Below, in pieces: positions 50,928-64,000 of a stretch of 64,000 nt of DNA. The position numbers and the translations under genes were made by a program. This DNA comes from Ophelia neglecta (Eukaryota), in NCBI GenBank assembly GCA_965285935.1, contig OZ260664.1, positions 14,384,001 through 14,448,000 of the forward strand, read 5' to 3'. How positions within the stretch are numbered: the stretch's first letter is position 1; every line of letters starts with the position of its first letter. A model generated the notes under the pieces. It was given only the letters and a program-made list of their open reading frames with translations, did no database searches and was not told the DNA's origin.

Positions 50928-52387
50928 CGTAAACACAGAAGAGTATATAGTAAAATATGAGGAAATATATTAACCGGCCAAAGGCAAACAAACAGTCACT
51001 CACAACTCAATACATTTAATAAACGTGACCAATGCGAGGGGCTTCTAGATAGTGAACAAATCGATTCTTAATGTATGTGCTAAATCTCAGAACTACTTTG
51101 TGTAGAATAGTACAGTCTGAGACATAAAGACTAAACCAATATCCTACACATACCAACAAATAGCTGCACACAGAAATATCAACAGCACGAATTTAAAAAT
51201 AAGTAGTTAAGTACTACTTATATATCGGTACTATTCTTTTCAACTTACAAAAACTAGAAAAATTCGTCTTGAAGACGTGGACGGAGACTGGTAAGTCAAA
51301 TGGTTAAAGGGCTACTTACAAAATGGAGATGATCTTGCAGTATGCAAATAATAGGGACCAGTGGTCAAGGCAGGGGGGGGGGGGGGGTTTAATACTAAGT
51401 TGATATTTATTAGCTTAGTTCCAATTTGTCAAAACTTAACCCAAGTAGTTCTATGCTGTCCTCCCACACTACACTACTACCATGACACTAAATTTAACTT
51501 CCTAAAGAGAAGACATTAGCTTCTATGAAAAAAATAGCAAATCAATGTAGCTGAAGACGAAATGGTGTCTTTCTTTCTCTCTATTAATTACTCAATGATT
51601 AGAATAATATCTATGCCGCTATTATTTCGCAGATATTTAATTTTACATGAGTGACATATAATGGCCTCAAAAAGGAAAGTTAATGACATGTTCTATCCTT
51701 GTTGTGTCGTTTAAAAAGCTGAGAAATCCAATGGGCAATGTTTTGTAAAATGCCACCTTCCAAATTTATAGATATAGGCCAATTGGAAATTAAGACCTGA
51801 TACCTGCAACAAAGACCCCCCCCCCAAAAAAAAAAAAACCGAAAGACAAAAATACTTTGGCTCACTCGCATAGGTTTGTGAGACACTCCTATCCCTTAAT
51901 TACCACCTTAATACCACCTAAACCCTTAGCAGAAGTAAGATAAGCCCCTTCAAGAGTACCACATGTACACTCCCAAACATGTTAATATTGGTAGCTGGTA
52001 TAGGTAGGACCACGCTCGCACCCAAAACCCAACATCCACGCCTATTTTGAAAGTATACCCCCCCCCCCATACAAAAATGAAGCATAGTGAGAATTTAACT
52101 TTTGTAAAAGTGGGCATTATGATGTAGCTGAAATAGCTGCAGCATATGACTACTATTTAGGCTAATGGGGTGATACTTCAATATTTCATTTTTAAATGAC
52201 ATAAACATGCTATATGATATCAGCTAAAAGGTTTTAAGATAATCATTCATAATACAAATGTTAGAAATTTGCACCCAATTACACCAAACAAGCTCATTTT
52301 ACATTCCGGCTTAAATGTTCATTCCTCTTACCCCCTTGAGTTTTCGAGTCCATACCACCGCCCTCGTGACAAAGGTCAAGTTGGGCC

Positions 52388-52701
52388 ATTTAGTCAGCAA
52401 TGTTCCATTACTCTGCCCCAATTTACAGCGTGCTGGGGTCAGATCTACAGGACGAACACTCGGTTATTAAAAGTTTATATATGGGAATTTTGTCCGGTGC
52501 TGATAACTGTTTGGGTACTTTGGTCAGGAGATTGTAGGGTCTCAGAATTAATTTACACATTGGGACACTCGCTTTTACACTGCAAGAAAGCCGGAGACGT
52601 GCTACACACTACCCTACATCGGAGACTTCTCAAGTCCCCCGTATTGTACGCTAGGTATAATTATTATCGGTCTGAGGTTGCATGCTTTAGAACCGGGACA
52701 C
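52388..52701. repeat. Interspersed repeat copy 1 (homologous to 54437-54799)
   Basis: Shared colinear blocks ttagtca.caatgttcca, tgataactgttt..g.acttt.gtc.gga and gcatgct.t.gaaccgggacac. Confidence 0.7.
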
Positions 52702-53481
52702 TATTTTTTAGTATATGGAACCCCGAAATAATGATAAAGCACACAGTTATTGTCTCATTTTACGTTTTTCTCCCCCATAGCAGGCCATATCTTCTCACAA
52801 TAGTCAACAAAACATAAATATATCTGGTATTAAGGTTGCTTGTTAGATGGTTAAAGTTGCTCATCTGTCAACCGCCCTTTTTTTATATCCACATGTTTAA
52901 TCCGCCTTAATATAAGGTCTACTAAGTCTACTCTCTTGGCGGCTGGCTTCCTTCTGTCCTCCTTGGTAATGGCCTCATGTTTGGTAAATCCTCGAAGCCG
53001 TTGTCCGCGTGTTTTCTTGCTCCATTGGTAGCCAGAAAGGATGAGAAATTAGCAACAAGCACTAGGCTAGACAACCAGTTTTCCTCCAATTCACGTATGA
53101 ATTAATGTCTTTATAGCACCCAAACTCCACTGTTTGGAAGCACGGTATTATTGTAATCTTGATGAAATACAAAAGCTGCGCCCACGTCAAAAAATGAAGA
53201 TGTTTGCTGAACCTAAAATTTGTTTATGTCTTTGTGTAACTTTACTTATTTTAGCCTTATTTTAACATCGTTTGCTCAGTCAACAAGAGTACAGCTTTCC
53301 ATGACAATTATATAAATTACAGCAGGTAACACCAGTGGCGCAGTTAGGTGCGACTGCCCTAGCCCAGCCCATGAATGCCCCCTCACAGCACAGCCCAAGT
53401 CAGCCAAGCCCATCCGAGAACATACCATCACAGTACCGTTCAGCCCATCCAAACAAACATAAACAATAGTTTAATCAAAAG

Positions 53482-53670
53482 TGACTATAGATATTTATAG
53501 TTTACTATAGGGTATTATAGGATACTATAGGTTAACTATAATTTACGAAATATACATTGTTTGCTTTGTAGGTTTAACTATAGGTTTCCTATAATTTTAC
53601 TGAAGGCTACTATAGTTTTCGTTAGTTTACAAAAGGTTACTATATGTTATTACAGGTTACTATAGTTTAA
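53482..53670. repeat. Degenerate ~10-bp minisatellite (actatag-based)
   Basis: Repeated actatag/ttatag/ctatag units. Confidence 0.7.
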
Positions 53671-53893
53671 GGTAAAGTATAATTTTATTTTATTTTTCAA
53701 AATCAGTAATGTAAAAGTGAAGTGTTTGCTCAGCAAGTTCTCAATCAACTATATCTTTACCATATGATTACTATAGGATTCCTTTCGTATACTAAACTTT
53801 ACTTACTAAAATATCACTACAGTCAATGAGTAGTGTGCCTCTCACTAAGGTATACCTGCACAGTTCTCTCCTTATTTTACCTGGTACTATATA

Positions 53894-54066
53894 CAGTGAA
53901 ACCTGTGAATTAAGACCATCCAAGGGACTGCAAAATGCTGATTTGAGAGGTGGTCTGTTTAGAAAGGTTAATCAACATTGAAAGTATACTGAATGGTCGT
54001 CATATTAGTGGTCTGAATTTACAGGTGGTCTGATTATAGAGGTGGACTTAAAGGCAGGTTTCACTG
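53894..54066. mobile_element. Tc1/mariner (pogo-type) MITE
   Basis: Perfect TIR CAGTGAAACCTG ... CAGGTTTCACTG with TA on both sides (53892-93, 54067-68); 173 bp. Confidence 0.88.
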
Positions 54067-54436
54067 TATCATATTTACTATAAGAACCTATATTTAAAGA
54101 TTTTTGAAGCTTGGTTTACTTTATTAATGATATTCAATAGATCTGTATATCATTTAGCTTCGGTATTGAATTTTCAAATTGTTTGCCTACGAAAAAATAA
54201 TGATAACTATGGCAAGAAATCATGTTTGCATTCATCTGATTAGTGATGGCAATTGGGCCCATAACAATCATTTATCTATTCGGCTCTAGATTGCTCTCCG
54301 TTTTGCAAATTCATCACCTACATGTATAAATGACAATTACAGTTTGCACACATACAAGCAACTTCGAATAGCCTTGCCCATGTAGCAAAACATACGAGCG
54401 CCGGAGTTGTGCCCATATTACTGCCCGCGTGTCCCA

Positions 54437-54799
54437 GTTAGTCAACAATGTTCCAATTGGAATCTCTGCCCTACTTTGCGGCGTGGATGGTTCATGGCTA
54501 TAGGAGCAACACGCCGGCTACGAGCGCCAGGGGTAATAAAATCGTGTTTTAACACAGCAGTTTAATATCAATGACAGCTAGTATTTGAGAATTGTAGATG
54601 CTGTTGATAACTGTTTTGGGACTTTAGTCGGGAATTTGTAGAGTGCCCGACTTATTTTACAGACTGCGACACTAGAGTTAAACCACCAGAGTGCAGAGGG
54701 CGTACTACATGCAATTCTACTAGCTCCTCAAGTCGCTCGTATTATAAGGTAGGTTAAAAAATCGGTTTTAAAAGTCCGCATGCTGTGGAACCGGGACAC
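54437..54799. repeat. Interspersed repeat copy 2 (homologous to 52388-52701)
   Basis: Same colinear blocks as copy 1 at 52388-52701. Confidence 0.7.
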
Positions 54800-55510
54800 C
54801 CATTTAAGTACTTCTCAACTCCAAAATGTCCGAACGTTGTATCTTATTCGGATTTTCAAATTTGAAAATCAAATTCTTCTTTTATCGAAGTATAAGGGGT
54901 TGAATTTGATATAATGTTTTCTGTTTGGCCTACTTGGAGTTATTAGAGACGAGTTTTATTTCATTCAGAGTGCCAAGGTTTGATAATGTTTTATCCTCTC
55001 TGACCGCTGCCTTTCCACGACGCCTGGCTGCCTAGGCCTTGATAATAGAGGGCTTTAAGAGTTTTCTGACGTGGTCATCCGGGACACATGGGCCAAGGGA
55101 ACAAGATAATAATGTCCGAATAAAATTTTCCTCGTGTCTGTATGCATATGTGCATTCAAGAAGTATTTGCCTGTTTGGTTGGTGTCCACGGAAAAAGCCA
55201 CGTCTGTGACAACTAGGCCTAAAACTCGCTTAAATCCTTCCTCAGTTCCGACCGACAACTCATGGCCTATTGACCCTCAGACACAAGGGAGGGTGTGTGG
55301 GCCATTGTTCTGTTTACAAACAGGGACCGTTCGACCATCCGGGAGTTTCTCGTTTAAAGACGCTTCTTTATGCTCCAAGGTGTGCTGTACCTTATGCCAA
55401 AACTATAGACCCCATGTGCACGCTTTGGCCATTCACTCCCGTAAAATATAACGATAGGTCTTAGATCATTTGTATATTTTCTTAAGGTATCATACCTAGT
55501 TCTTCCCCAA

Positions 55511-55710
55511 CAGTGGCGGATTGAGGGGGGGGGGCAGGGGGCCCGCCCCCCCCCCCTTTTTTTGCCAAAAAGTGGGCCCGGACCAGGGCCGGACCTATAC
55601 GCAAGGTGGTTTCAGAGGGTTGGTACCGGGGACAATCCAGACATTGGCCTTGTCAAATTTGGAAAATTTGCCCCCCCCCCCCTCTTCCTGAAATCCTGGA
55701 TCCGCCACTG
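55511..55710. mobile_element. MITE with CAGTGGCGGAT TIRs (PIF/Harbinger- or hAT-like)
   Basis: CAGTGGCGGAT ... ATCCGCCACTG, 200 bp, with internal G/C homopolymer runs. No clear long TSD. Confidence 0.8.
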
Positions 55711-56033
55711 CCCGAGTACCCTAATACGGCCGTCGAAAATACTAAACAAGAACGTTTGTGTTCTGAACGACCGATGCCAGACCCAACCATTGATCGTGTA
55801 AATAGATTACAAGGATCGAGTTGGCCTATATATTACCGATAGTCCCGCAAGAAATGTAGCTTTTAAAAGAGTGACCTTTGAGTGTGCGAATACAAAAGTT
55901 TGAGGAAACCAATGTTGTATTCGAGAATAATTCTAGTATAAAGGTTTAAGTAAGATATAAACCTAGCGTGTGTATGATGACTATTGACAGTTTAAACTGG
56001 TGCTTCATACATAGGATTTTTAACCGATTTCGG

Positions 56034-56556
56034 TAAGGGGCAGACCATTTAATACCGGGGGGGGGGGGGGGTTGTGAAAAAAGTTTGTTTGCCACGTTGA
56101 CCAAAATAAATAGTTTGCTTCCACATGTGTGTGGAAAAAAAAGTTTGTCTAGCAATGCGTGTGAAAAAATGGATTGTTGACAGCCAGCAGATTGATAAAA
56201 AAAATCTGCCCGAAACTGCTGCAAAAAAAAAAGAATAAAAAGATGGAAGATTTTCTTCGCTGGGCTTGGTCAACAGGCTTGGTCAAGTACAGCATGCTTC
56301 AAAGCTGAGGACAGTGATAATATTTTCCTACTGTATTAAAGACTTTACATCTAAGAACAGGAGATTTTCTTCAACTTCTGAATACGGGATAACATAATGG
56401 TTTCGATATAATTGTGTCCAGGTAAAAAGTTTGTCTCTGCCAAATGGGGGATAACAATGTTGGCTTTTGATCAAGGAAGAATAAAGCTTTAGTTTTTCGT
56501 TTGACGTAAACAAAATGTGCCCCCCCCCCCCAAATTGTTAAATAGTCCGCTCCTTA
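56034..56556. mobile_element. PIF/Harbinger-like MITE
   Basis: taaggggcagaccatttaa...(G)n at the left end; (C)n...ttaaatagtccgctcctta at the right end (reverse complement taaggagcggactatttaa). TAA/TTA ends. Confidence 0.7.
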
Positions 56557-58492
56557 CTCCCTTTAAAACGTTTGAGATCTGCGTACTTCGCCTTGTTTAA
56601 CCGGGCGGTTTAAAAGGGGCGGCATTCGTGCAGGAATTGCTATAATTTCGTATCCCATTCTCGCGTATAAACTAAAATTACTCATGCACATGAACTCTTA
56701 TATGATATATGTGGCCTATCTGAAGAAAGGCATTTATATACTTATCATTTGTGCACATGTCAAGGTCAGCCAAGGGTAGTGCCGTCACAAAATTTGATCC
56801 CCAGTCCCGTTTTTTTCTGGCAGTAAAAAACATGGCAAGTGCGGCCTTAGATTTGAAAACATCCCCCAAGCACGTGCGATCTACTGGCAAACGCTTTAAC
56901 AGGTGGCTTACGTTTGTGAGTGAATCTATCGAGTATAATATAGGCCAATTATTTAAGGGAGTAGACCTCCATGTTTTCATAAAATAGGGCCAGTAATGTT
57001 GAACCGATGATACTTAATTTTCTATCTAGAGTTAGGCAGAGTACATGAAAACCTTTATAGGGAAAACTATTTGAAATGAGTCCTCCAAGCTAAATATCGA
57101 TTGTTAGGGCAAATTGGGCATTGTAGCCCCTCAATTTCAGTAAAAGTTGAAACAAAATTCAGTCGAATTGTGTGCGTAATGACATGAGGAAATTCATGGT
57201 ATGTTGGTTTTTAGAAAACATACCCTGGTGACCCATTGTTTTTCTTCAAGATAACATACTATTGGCTCGTCTTTGGGTGCCAACCATTCAGTAAATTCGT
57301 ATATGCAAATGAAAATTGTAACCACATCAGAGCTGTTCCAGAATGATGCATTTGAAATAAATATGGGTTTTGTATTATCAGAATTTCATGATATCTTGCT
57401 TCGCTAAAATGAAGCCTTAACCTTTTTTGAAAGTAGAACTGAATTTGGACTAAATGAAGCATTGTCCTGTTCATCGTAGGCGTATTCATTGTTGTGACTA
57501 TGCCGGCCATAATTATTCCAGGCGTGTGCTGAAACGACCAAAGCAATAGGGAACGTTGGAAAATTCGAGCGGCTACGTGTACGTCTAGGGGAAAAGGAAA
57601 GCCTTTGTTTAAAAAATGTCTCGTGGGTCACTTTCTCCCGTGTCACGCATATCGCACTCGCGCGGTACGGACGCATAGAATTGCATATACCACATTAACA
57701 AAACCCAAAATTCGAATAATTCCGCACGACACTATAGTTTTTATAAACTGTTAACATACATATATTGGATTATAATTCTAATATATTTGTTCCGCTGGAG
57801 TATAATAGTCATACAGAGGTATGGAGAAAGGAAGAAAATGCGTTTAGTAGATTTTTGCGCGAGATCTCCTGCTTAAATTTTCCAATATTAATATGGGATT
57901 CCCAAAGACAAAGTTGGAAAAAAATCTGAAAAGATGGTTCCCCTATTCCCCTAGATTATGTGTGTCTTTATAATAAACGTTTTACAAATAATGAGCATTC
58001 TTCTGTGTCACATTTATCTTCTTAACTGTTGCAATCGGTGTTATTTTTGTATTTTTTCTACGCTGTATTGAAAAGAACTGAAATGATCTCCTTCTATCTA
58101 AGCTTAAAACATTACGTACAACCTTTGGCACTGCTTTACCTCTTTCCTCCATAATTGGAATTTTGTGGCAATTTGCCCTGACCTTTGCAGATGCATCCTC
58201 GTAGAAAAAAAATACCATCTAATTATTCTAGCAGCATGGTTAACAGCCAAAACTAGCCAGCTATTTATGCTTTAGAGAATCTCAAAACGGTTAGAGAGAT
58301 TAAAGGTGTCTATTTATGTCAGTTTTACAATCCACACATGTCCCTTTACAAATTTTACACCGGTATACGTGTACTTTGGTACTATCATACCTATGATAAT
58401 AGGACAAAAAAGGCTACCAATGCTAACACAATATTTGCCCGCCTGATCAAAGATGATAAAACACTGCTTTGGACATGTTCACTTTATGCTAA

Positions 58493-58944
58493 TAGGCGTC
58501 TACTCAATTAACTAGTGTCTGGATAAGACCAATTGTTTATTCCAGCCTTAAAAAGTTAACATTTGTTTTATTAACAGACCATCTCCATACAGAGACATTG
58601 TTTCTGTGTGCCTTAAGGAAGAGTGAACAAAATTTGTCAACTAACTAAATGCTATCTTTATGCTCTGGGTGACTCAAGACGTCTATTTAGTTTATCAGGC
58701 AAGCAGGTCAAACCAGTAAATCTCTAACACCCCATCAATTATATTAACTACTACGTGTTTTTTCCTTCGTTTTTGTGAATGCCTTTTTGTTTTGCACTTG
58801 TGCTCCAAAAGAGGTTACTGATTCATTTGCTTTAAGAAATGATTCTAACTTGAATCTCGGGAGTTTAGTATGTAATTGGGGCTACAGCCACTCGGGTATC
58901 ACCTACGGCCCTCGATATCAAGGAAAACCATGGGAATTCGGCAG
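58493..58944. repeat. Direct repeat copy 1 (~450 bp)
   Basis: Colinear with 60857-61272 from taggcgtctact to aaggaaaaccatgg.aattcggcag. Confidence 0.9.
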
Positions 58945-60856
58945 CTTTCTATTATCTAAAGCCAGCAGATACAGTCCCGCTCACATATTACGTGACGATA
59001 ATACGCAGATAACGGCGTAATGGTACGAAAGAAATACGTCCTAATACGCCAAAATATTTAGGCGCTGGTAAAAACAGTGTGCGTACAGTACGCCCTAATA
59101 CCCCAAGCCGTACGCGTATTCTCTACAAACAGTGTGCGTACAGTACGCGGCGTATAGATGTAGGCCCTACAGAAAAAGTCCGACACCCATCATTATTGCG
59201 ATTGTCGCCTCCTGAGGAAACAGGGATTGTGATACTCCAAATGAAATCTTCCAAAGCAGCATTAGACTTGACTGAGAAAACTATGCATCGTGACATTTGG
59301 AGACATTTACTCACATTTCATACTAGTAGTCCTACAATAATATGACAAACTTCACAATAGGCCTATCGAATAGTCATACAGCACTGCAACATTACGCTGA
59401 ACTTTTTTCATATATCAAATATATTTATATACACGTCTAGCTTAGTGTCATTTCACTGGCTATACATAGCTTCATTTTCCCGTTCAATATTCTGTTGGAA
59501 AATGTCACTGTCGCTATGTGGTGAGACGGATCTTTCTGACCTTGAGGTCGTCTCGATACCTCCTGTTTGTAGTATCGATGGTGGTTTGAATCATGGACTT
59601 CACGGCTGGTTGGTCGGCATTCTTATACATGGCTTAAACAGCCAAAAAAAACCGTCCTTAAATCTGCTCCCAATGAGTTAATCTCTCATAGCGCATCGAA
59701 TGGCTGGATATGATATACTCGTGATGTGCTCATGATTCGACTAATGATAATTGGTATTTGGCGAGGAACGCTGTATTTTAATATATATAGATAAGTCAGA
59801 ATTGACTTTATTAAATTTTATCAATCAATCTATAGCGCAATTAACACAAACTGTCGGCCAGTACACGGTGCGGTGTGTTTGATGTGCTTCTGTCCAGCGG
59901 AACAGCCCAATGCTCTCAACCAATGATTGAAATTGATAAATTGTCAATAGCTTTAACTATACTACATGCATGCACATGTATACGAGAGCAAGCCGATATC
60001 AAGATTGATGATTTGAGAAATATGTAGCCTCTTTGAATAATTAATCCGAATAAAGAGCCTGGGGCGTATTTGAACTGTGATGTGATGGCCCCGGCGAGTA
60101 GATAACATGTAAAATCGGGTAAAAGGAAACCCTGAATTTAGTACATTTTTGGAATTGATTGACGGTATACCATGCGACTGAAATGTAAACAATCGAACAA
60201 ATCGTATTATGTACTGACTAATACACTGTATCCACAAACGCAATTCAACTTATCGGATTAGTTGCGCGCCTCGGGAAGATGTCGCCAAAGAAATTGCCGC
60301 TGTCTGGACAGTCACAGTATCCCAGGAAGCACTGCAACGGCGCACACACTGTTGATTAGTTAATTAGTACCAATACTAGGCAGATTGGTAATTTGTATGG
60401 ATGTAAACTGTGAGATTATTGTTACTCGTGCAATGTCGGTATCTCATTTGACTTCTCAACAGTAAGGTCATGCTCCGCCAGGGGGTCTAAAGTCACAGTG
60501 GCCGATTCGCATTTTAAGCCTGAATGTTCCGACGTAAACGGTGCAACGCCGATGATTATGACACTCCCAAATTTTATTGTTCCTCATAATTATGTACATG
60601 TATAGAAGTGCAAAAAGTAAATAATGATGGTATTAGAAGTTCCGATATACCGAATAACTGTTAGTGTAAATATACGTGTGTATATAATATCACAGAGTAG
60701 GCTATAGTGCACAGAATTAAACATATTGTTACTGGTCTGATTGCCTATGATAAAAAAATGTTAAAATGGGCATGTTAAATAAAATGGGCATGTAAAATAA
60801 AATGTTTAAGCATTAGAGAGACAACCTTTATCAGAACGATCAACAAATATATTCAT

Positions 60857-61272
60857 TAGGCGTCTACTTAATTAACTATTGTCTGGATAACACCAATTGT
60901 TTATTCCAGCCTTAAAAAGTTAACATTTGTTTTATTAACAGACCATCACATACAGAGACATTGTTTCTGCGCGCCTTAAGGAAGAGTGAACTAAATTTGT
61001 CAACGAACTGAAAGCTATATTTATGCTCTGGTCGACTCAAAACGTCTACTTAGTTTTTCAGGCAGGCTGTAACTCCCTGACACCCGATCAATTATATTAA
61101 CCACCCATACGTGTTTTATCCTCCTTTATTGTTAATGACTTTTTTTGCTTTGCACTAGTGGTTCAATTGATTCATTTGCTTTAAAAAATGAATCTAACTT
61201 TAATCGCGGCTACAGCCCCTCGCGTATCACCTTCGACCCTCGAATTCAAGGAAAACCATGGAAATTCGGCAG
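60857..61272. repeat. Direct repeat copy 2 (~415 bp)
   Basis: Colinear with copy 1 at 58493-58944. Confidence 0.9.
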
Positions 61273-61709
61273 TTAAAAGTTTCCAGATCAGTCGAGGGCC
61301 ATAGAAGACAAATGTGGCAGGTGTTATCGTGGCGTGAATTGTTCGAGAGCATGTCATTAAGAAGAATATGTATGTAAAATATGAAAAATCCCCTCAATTT
61401 GGGAAAAATGACAATAGCTCGACGGTATACGAGTTGTGGCTTGTATCCTCTTCCGTACCATTTTTACTGGATTGGCCCAGCTGCAGGCAGGGGATATGAT
61501 AAAGATCGCTTGAAAAAAGTCTCTATGGTCAGACATATGAGCCCTATTTTCTCTACACCATCTGACCAAATAATTGATCAATGTTGGCAGACAATGCAAC
61601 TAATTAATTTAATAAGATGTTTATAATTATTTGATATGGTTATAGCGTTACGCTAGATTTTCTTGTTCCAGGGATACATTTTGCTGTCTCTAAGTTATAT
61701 GGTTGAACA

Positions 61710-61836
61710 ATGGAGGTTGATGAAGCTTTGACCTATCTAGGCAAAGGGAACCGCTGGCAGATTCGCTCCTACACGGTATTCGGAATCGCCTTCGGCATTG
61801 CATTTGCCTGGATGAATCTCGCAATCATCTTCATAA
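61710..61836 (+). CDS. SLC22-family organic cation/anion transporter, first coding exon
   Basis: MEVDEALTYLGKGNRWQIRSYTVFGIAFGIAFAWMNLAIIFI matches the SLC22 N-terminus (D..L..LG..G..Q plus TM1). Donor A|gtaagt at 61836/37, phase 1. A candidate acceptor ttccag ends at 61671. Confidence 0.85.
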
Positions 61837-61899
61837 GTAAGTCTGAAACAATGCACAAACCTAATCCCTGCACTTTGTGTACGTTCAATACATTTCTTG

Positions 61900-62300
61900 A
61901 TTGGCTACATACCTCCTCCCTACCTAAAATACCCATATCTACCACCCTACCCACTACCCTGCCTACCACCACTACCACTTGTACCACTATCGTCCTACGC
62001 ACTACCGCCAAACCCGTCAACCTAGCTACTACCATCATCAGTATTAACCAGCCTACCTACTTCCACTCTGACCGCCATCCTAGCCAAGTTTTTTGACTGC
62101 AATCTACCTGCTTCGGCTTCAGTCATTGACGCTCCTCACACTCCCTGCCCAGCCTTCATCTCTCTTCACATTTCCGCTCGTTCTCCTATCCACCCTCATT
62201 TCTTACTCACTTGTCTCTTAGTCCTCCCTGCCCCCCCCTTCCCCTGACGTGTCTATCCTTTTGCCTTCACCTCCCTCTCCTCTACCGCCCTCTACCGGAT
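61900..62300. repeat. C/T-rich low-complexity intronic tract (ctaccacc repeats, polypyrimidine)
   Basis: Directly visible composition bias and short repeats. Confidence 0.7.
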
Positions 62301-62383
62301 AGAGCCAGTTTTATATGCCTCAACCGAGCCATATACATTGTAATTATATGACATGACCCAGTTCAATTTGACTTCTTTTTCAG

Positions 62384-62607
62384 CTGATTCCCCATACTAC
62401 CGATGTGCGCTTCCAGACGACGCGCTACAAGAAAACCAGACACTGCCAGACAATGAGACGCTAGCAGAGTGGATCCCCCTAACGGAAAAGGGGGAACACA
62501 GTCAGTGCATGCAGTATACAAACCGCAGTGCGAACACCACCGCCAGTTGTCAGCACGGGTACTGGTATGATCCTGCCTCGGGATACGACCAAACCATATC
62601 AACACAG
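62384..62607 (+). CDS. SLC22-family transporter, second coding exon (large extracellular loop)
   Basis: Acceptor ttttttcag| is phase-compatible with exon 1 (A+CT = Thr). Reads DSPYYRCALP...WIP...SQCMQY.N.S..T.SCQHGYWYD...TISTQ|gtagga, with the conserved cysteines and N-glycosylation sites. It ends just before the expected (W/F)DLVC motif, which I did not find in this window. Confidence 0.88.
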
Positions 62608-64000
62608 GTAGGACAGTAGAGGAAATAGATCAAAATGATTTATGTGAATGTTTTAAACGTCAGTGTCTGCAACATTGCTTACATATGTGGCTGTATAAAG
62701 AATCTTACATCACATTTGTTGCAACATTAACCACTTTTCCCCGTCGGATATATTCAACGGGCTACCAAGTGATCACGGGGACTATCTGAGTGTGTTTCAT
62801 GTATATATGTGACGTACCCTGTAGTATTGTTTGTCCTCTGATGATAGATCTCGAGCATAAATCGTTCTTTCCTTTCAGCTTAGGCTATAATATATGGTAG
62901 GCCTATATGATACCAATATTAAATTGCCATGGATAGCATCTGTGACCTTTGTATAAAATCAGTACATTTCTAAAGATTTCAGTCATTTGCTGCTTATTTT
63001 TAAATTCCTGTTTTTAATTCCATCCTATGTCAACATAACATCAAATAAATCTAGTAGGTTCTTTATCTATTTTTTTTCCACAGACCTAGTTTAGCAACCC
63101 TCTTATTTATATCATGAGTCATCCGCATGCCTCTCAACAGGGTACTCCTCCGAGGGGCGCACACATTTCTAAAAAATATTTCTAAATATCGCATTTTCGA
63201 GCACATTAAACAACTTGAAGTCGGCTGCGGTTTCCTATTTGCTATTTGCGGACTTATATAATTTTTTTTCATTTTTCTCAAATAGCAAGCTACTAATTTA
63301 CAACATAATTGCATTTTTTTAGCCAGCTTCAACAATACTGTCTGTTTTCATTTTTTTTTAACAAGGAAAAGACATGATTGTAAATATGCCAGAATTCGCA
63401 ATTACTAACTTGCTGCGGATTCCATTTCCTGTTTGCCAATGACTTTTGCGGATTTTCCGAGTCGTTTCTTTTCATTTAAACATGAACCTAGGTCGAAATT
63501 CATCAAATTTTGCATAATTGGACCATGTCAACAAGTGTATTTATAAGATCTAAATCGTTTTAAGAAAAATTAATTAAAACCATTTATTGTGTAAGTTTCA
63601 CTTGGCTAAAACACCGATTGGTGAAAGCGAGACGGCATTAAAACAAATCCTTTACAACTTTTCAGATAGAACAGAAAACGCCTTAACTAATAATCTGAAT
63701 GATAAAATAAAAGCAAGATGCTGCGTTTTTGTTTCCCCAGGTCTAAATAATGAGTCAAAGAAAATGGGACATTTAGCGTAGCGATTCCGACTTTTTATTC
63801 TCTCCCGTGTATTTTTTTAGCGCCTGCTCATTCTCAGCCCTTTTGCTTCTCTGCCCTTCTAGCTGTAACTGTCTATATCTCCCCCTCTAATTCCTCGACC
63901 TTCCGTTTCTCTCCCCATCGATTCTCCGACCGTCTGCATCTCTTCCAGTCTGTATTTATCCAAGTCTTGCTTCTCACCCCGTCTGTATCACCTCCTCTCC

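Noticed and set aside
52269-52817. 182-aa ORF
   Set aside because: It has a non-ATG start and lies in an interspersed repeat whose second copy (54437-54799) has no matching ORF.
51373-56531. Poly-G/poly-C runs as functional G-quadruplexes
   Set aside because: These are scattered homopolymers, mostly inside MITEs, with no independent support.
58493-61272. LTR retrotransposon
   Set aside because: No TG...CA ends, TSD, PBS/PPT or gag/pol remnants are visible.
61837-62096. Thr-rich mucin-like extension of ORF 61710-62096
   Set aside because: This is read-through into a low-complexity intron past a strong gtaagt donor. SLC22 homology resumes in phase at 62384.

Overview
AT-rich eukaryotic DNA, probably from a marine invertebrate (spliceosomal introns, an L2/CR1-type LINE, a tRNA-derived SINE and MITEs). 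The only host gene I can support is an SLC22-family organic cation/anion transporter, whose first two coding exons lie at the right end (61710-61836 and 62384-62607). The left ~48 kb has no recognisable gene and is built from three repeat zones. (1) A ~19-kb complex tandem array (~3.2-22.3 kb) of about 45 units of ~300-500 bp in several subtypes, organised as higher-order repeats. (2) A zone of old, diverged 1.3-3 kb duplicated modules (22.4-31.7 kb) with decayed minus-strand reading frames and a recurrent GC-rich motif. (3) A second, hierarchically amplified array of a ~65-80-bp monomer (~34-47.6 kb). The most notable signal is a small hairpin, GGTR-[5-bp stem]-5-nt loop-[5-bp stem]-TGGG. It occurs twice in most units of array 1 at 94-100 bp spacing and as solo copies from position 233 to 33087. 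Four of its five stem pairs show compensatory changes, the common non-Watson-Crick pairs are G-T on the + strand, and several independent rearrangements map to its 5' foot. This suggests a functional single-stranded (RNA or ssDNA) structural element that I cannot assign to a known family. Its function is unproven.
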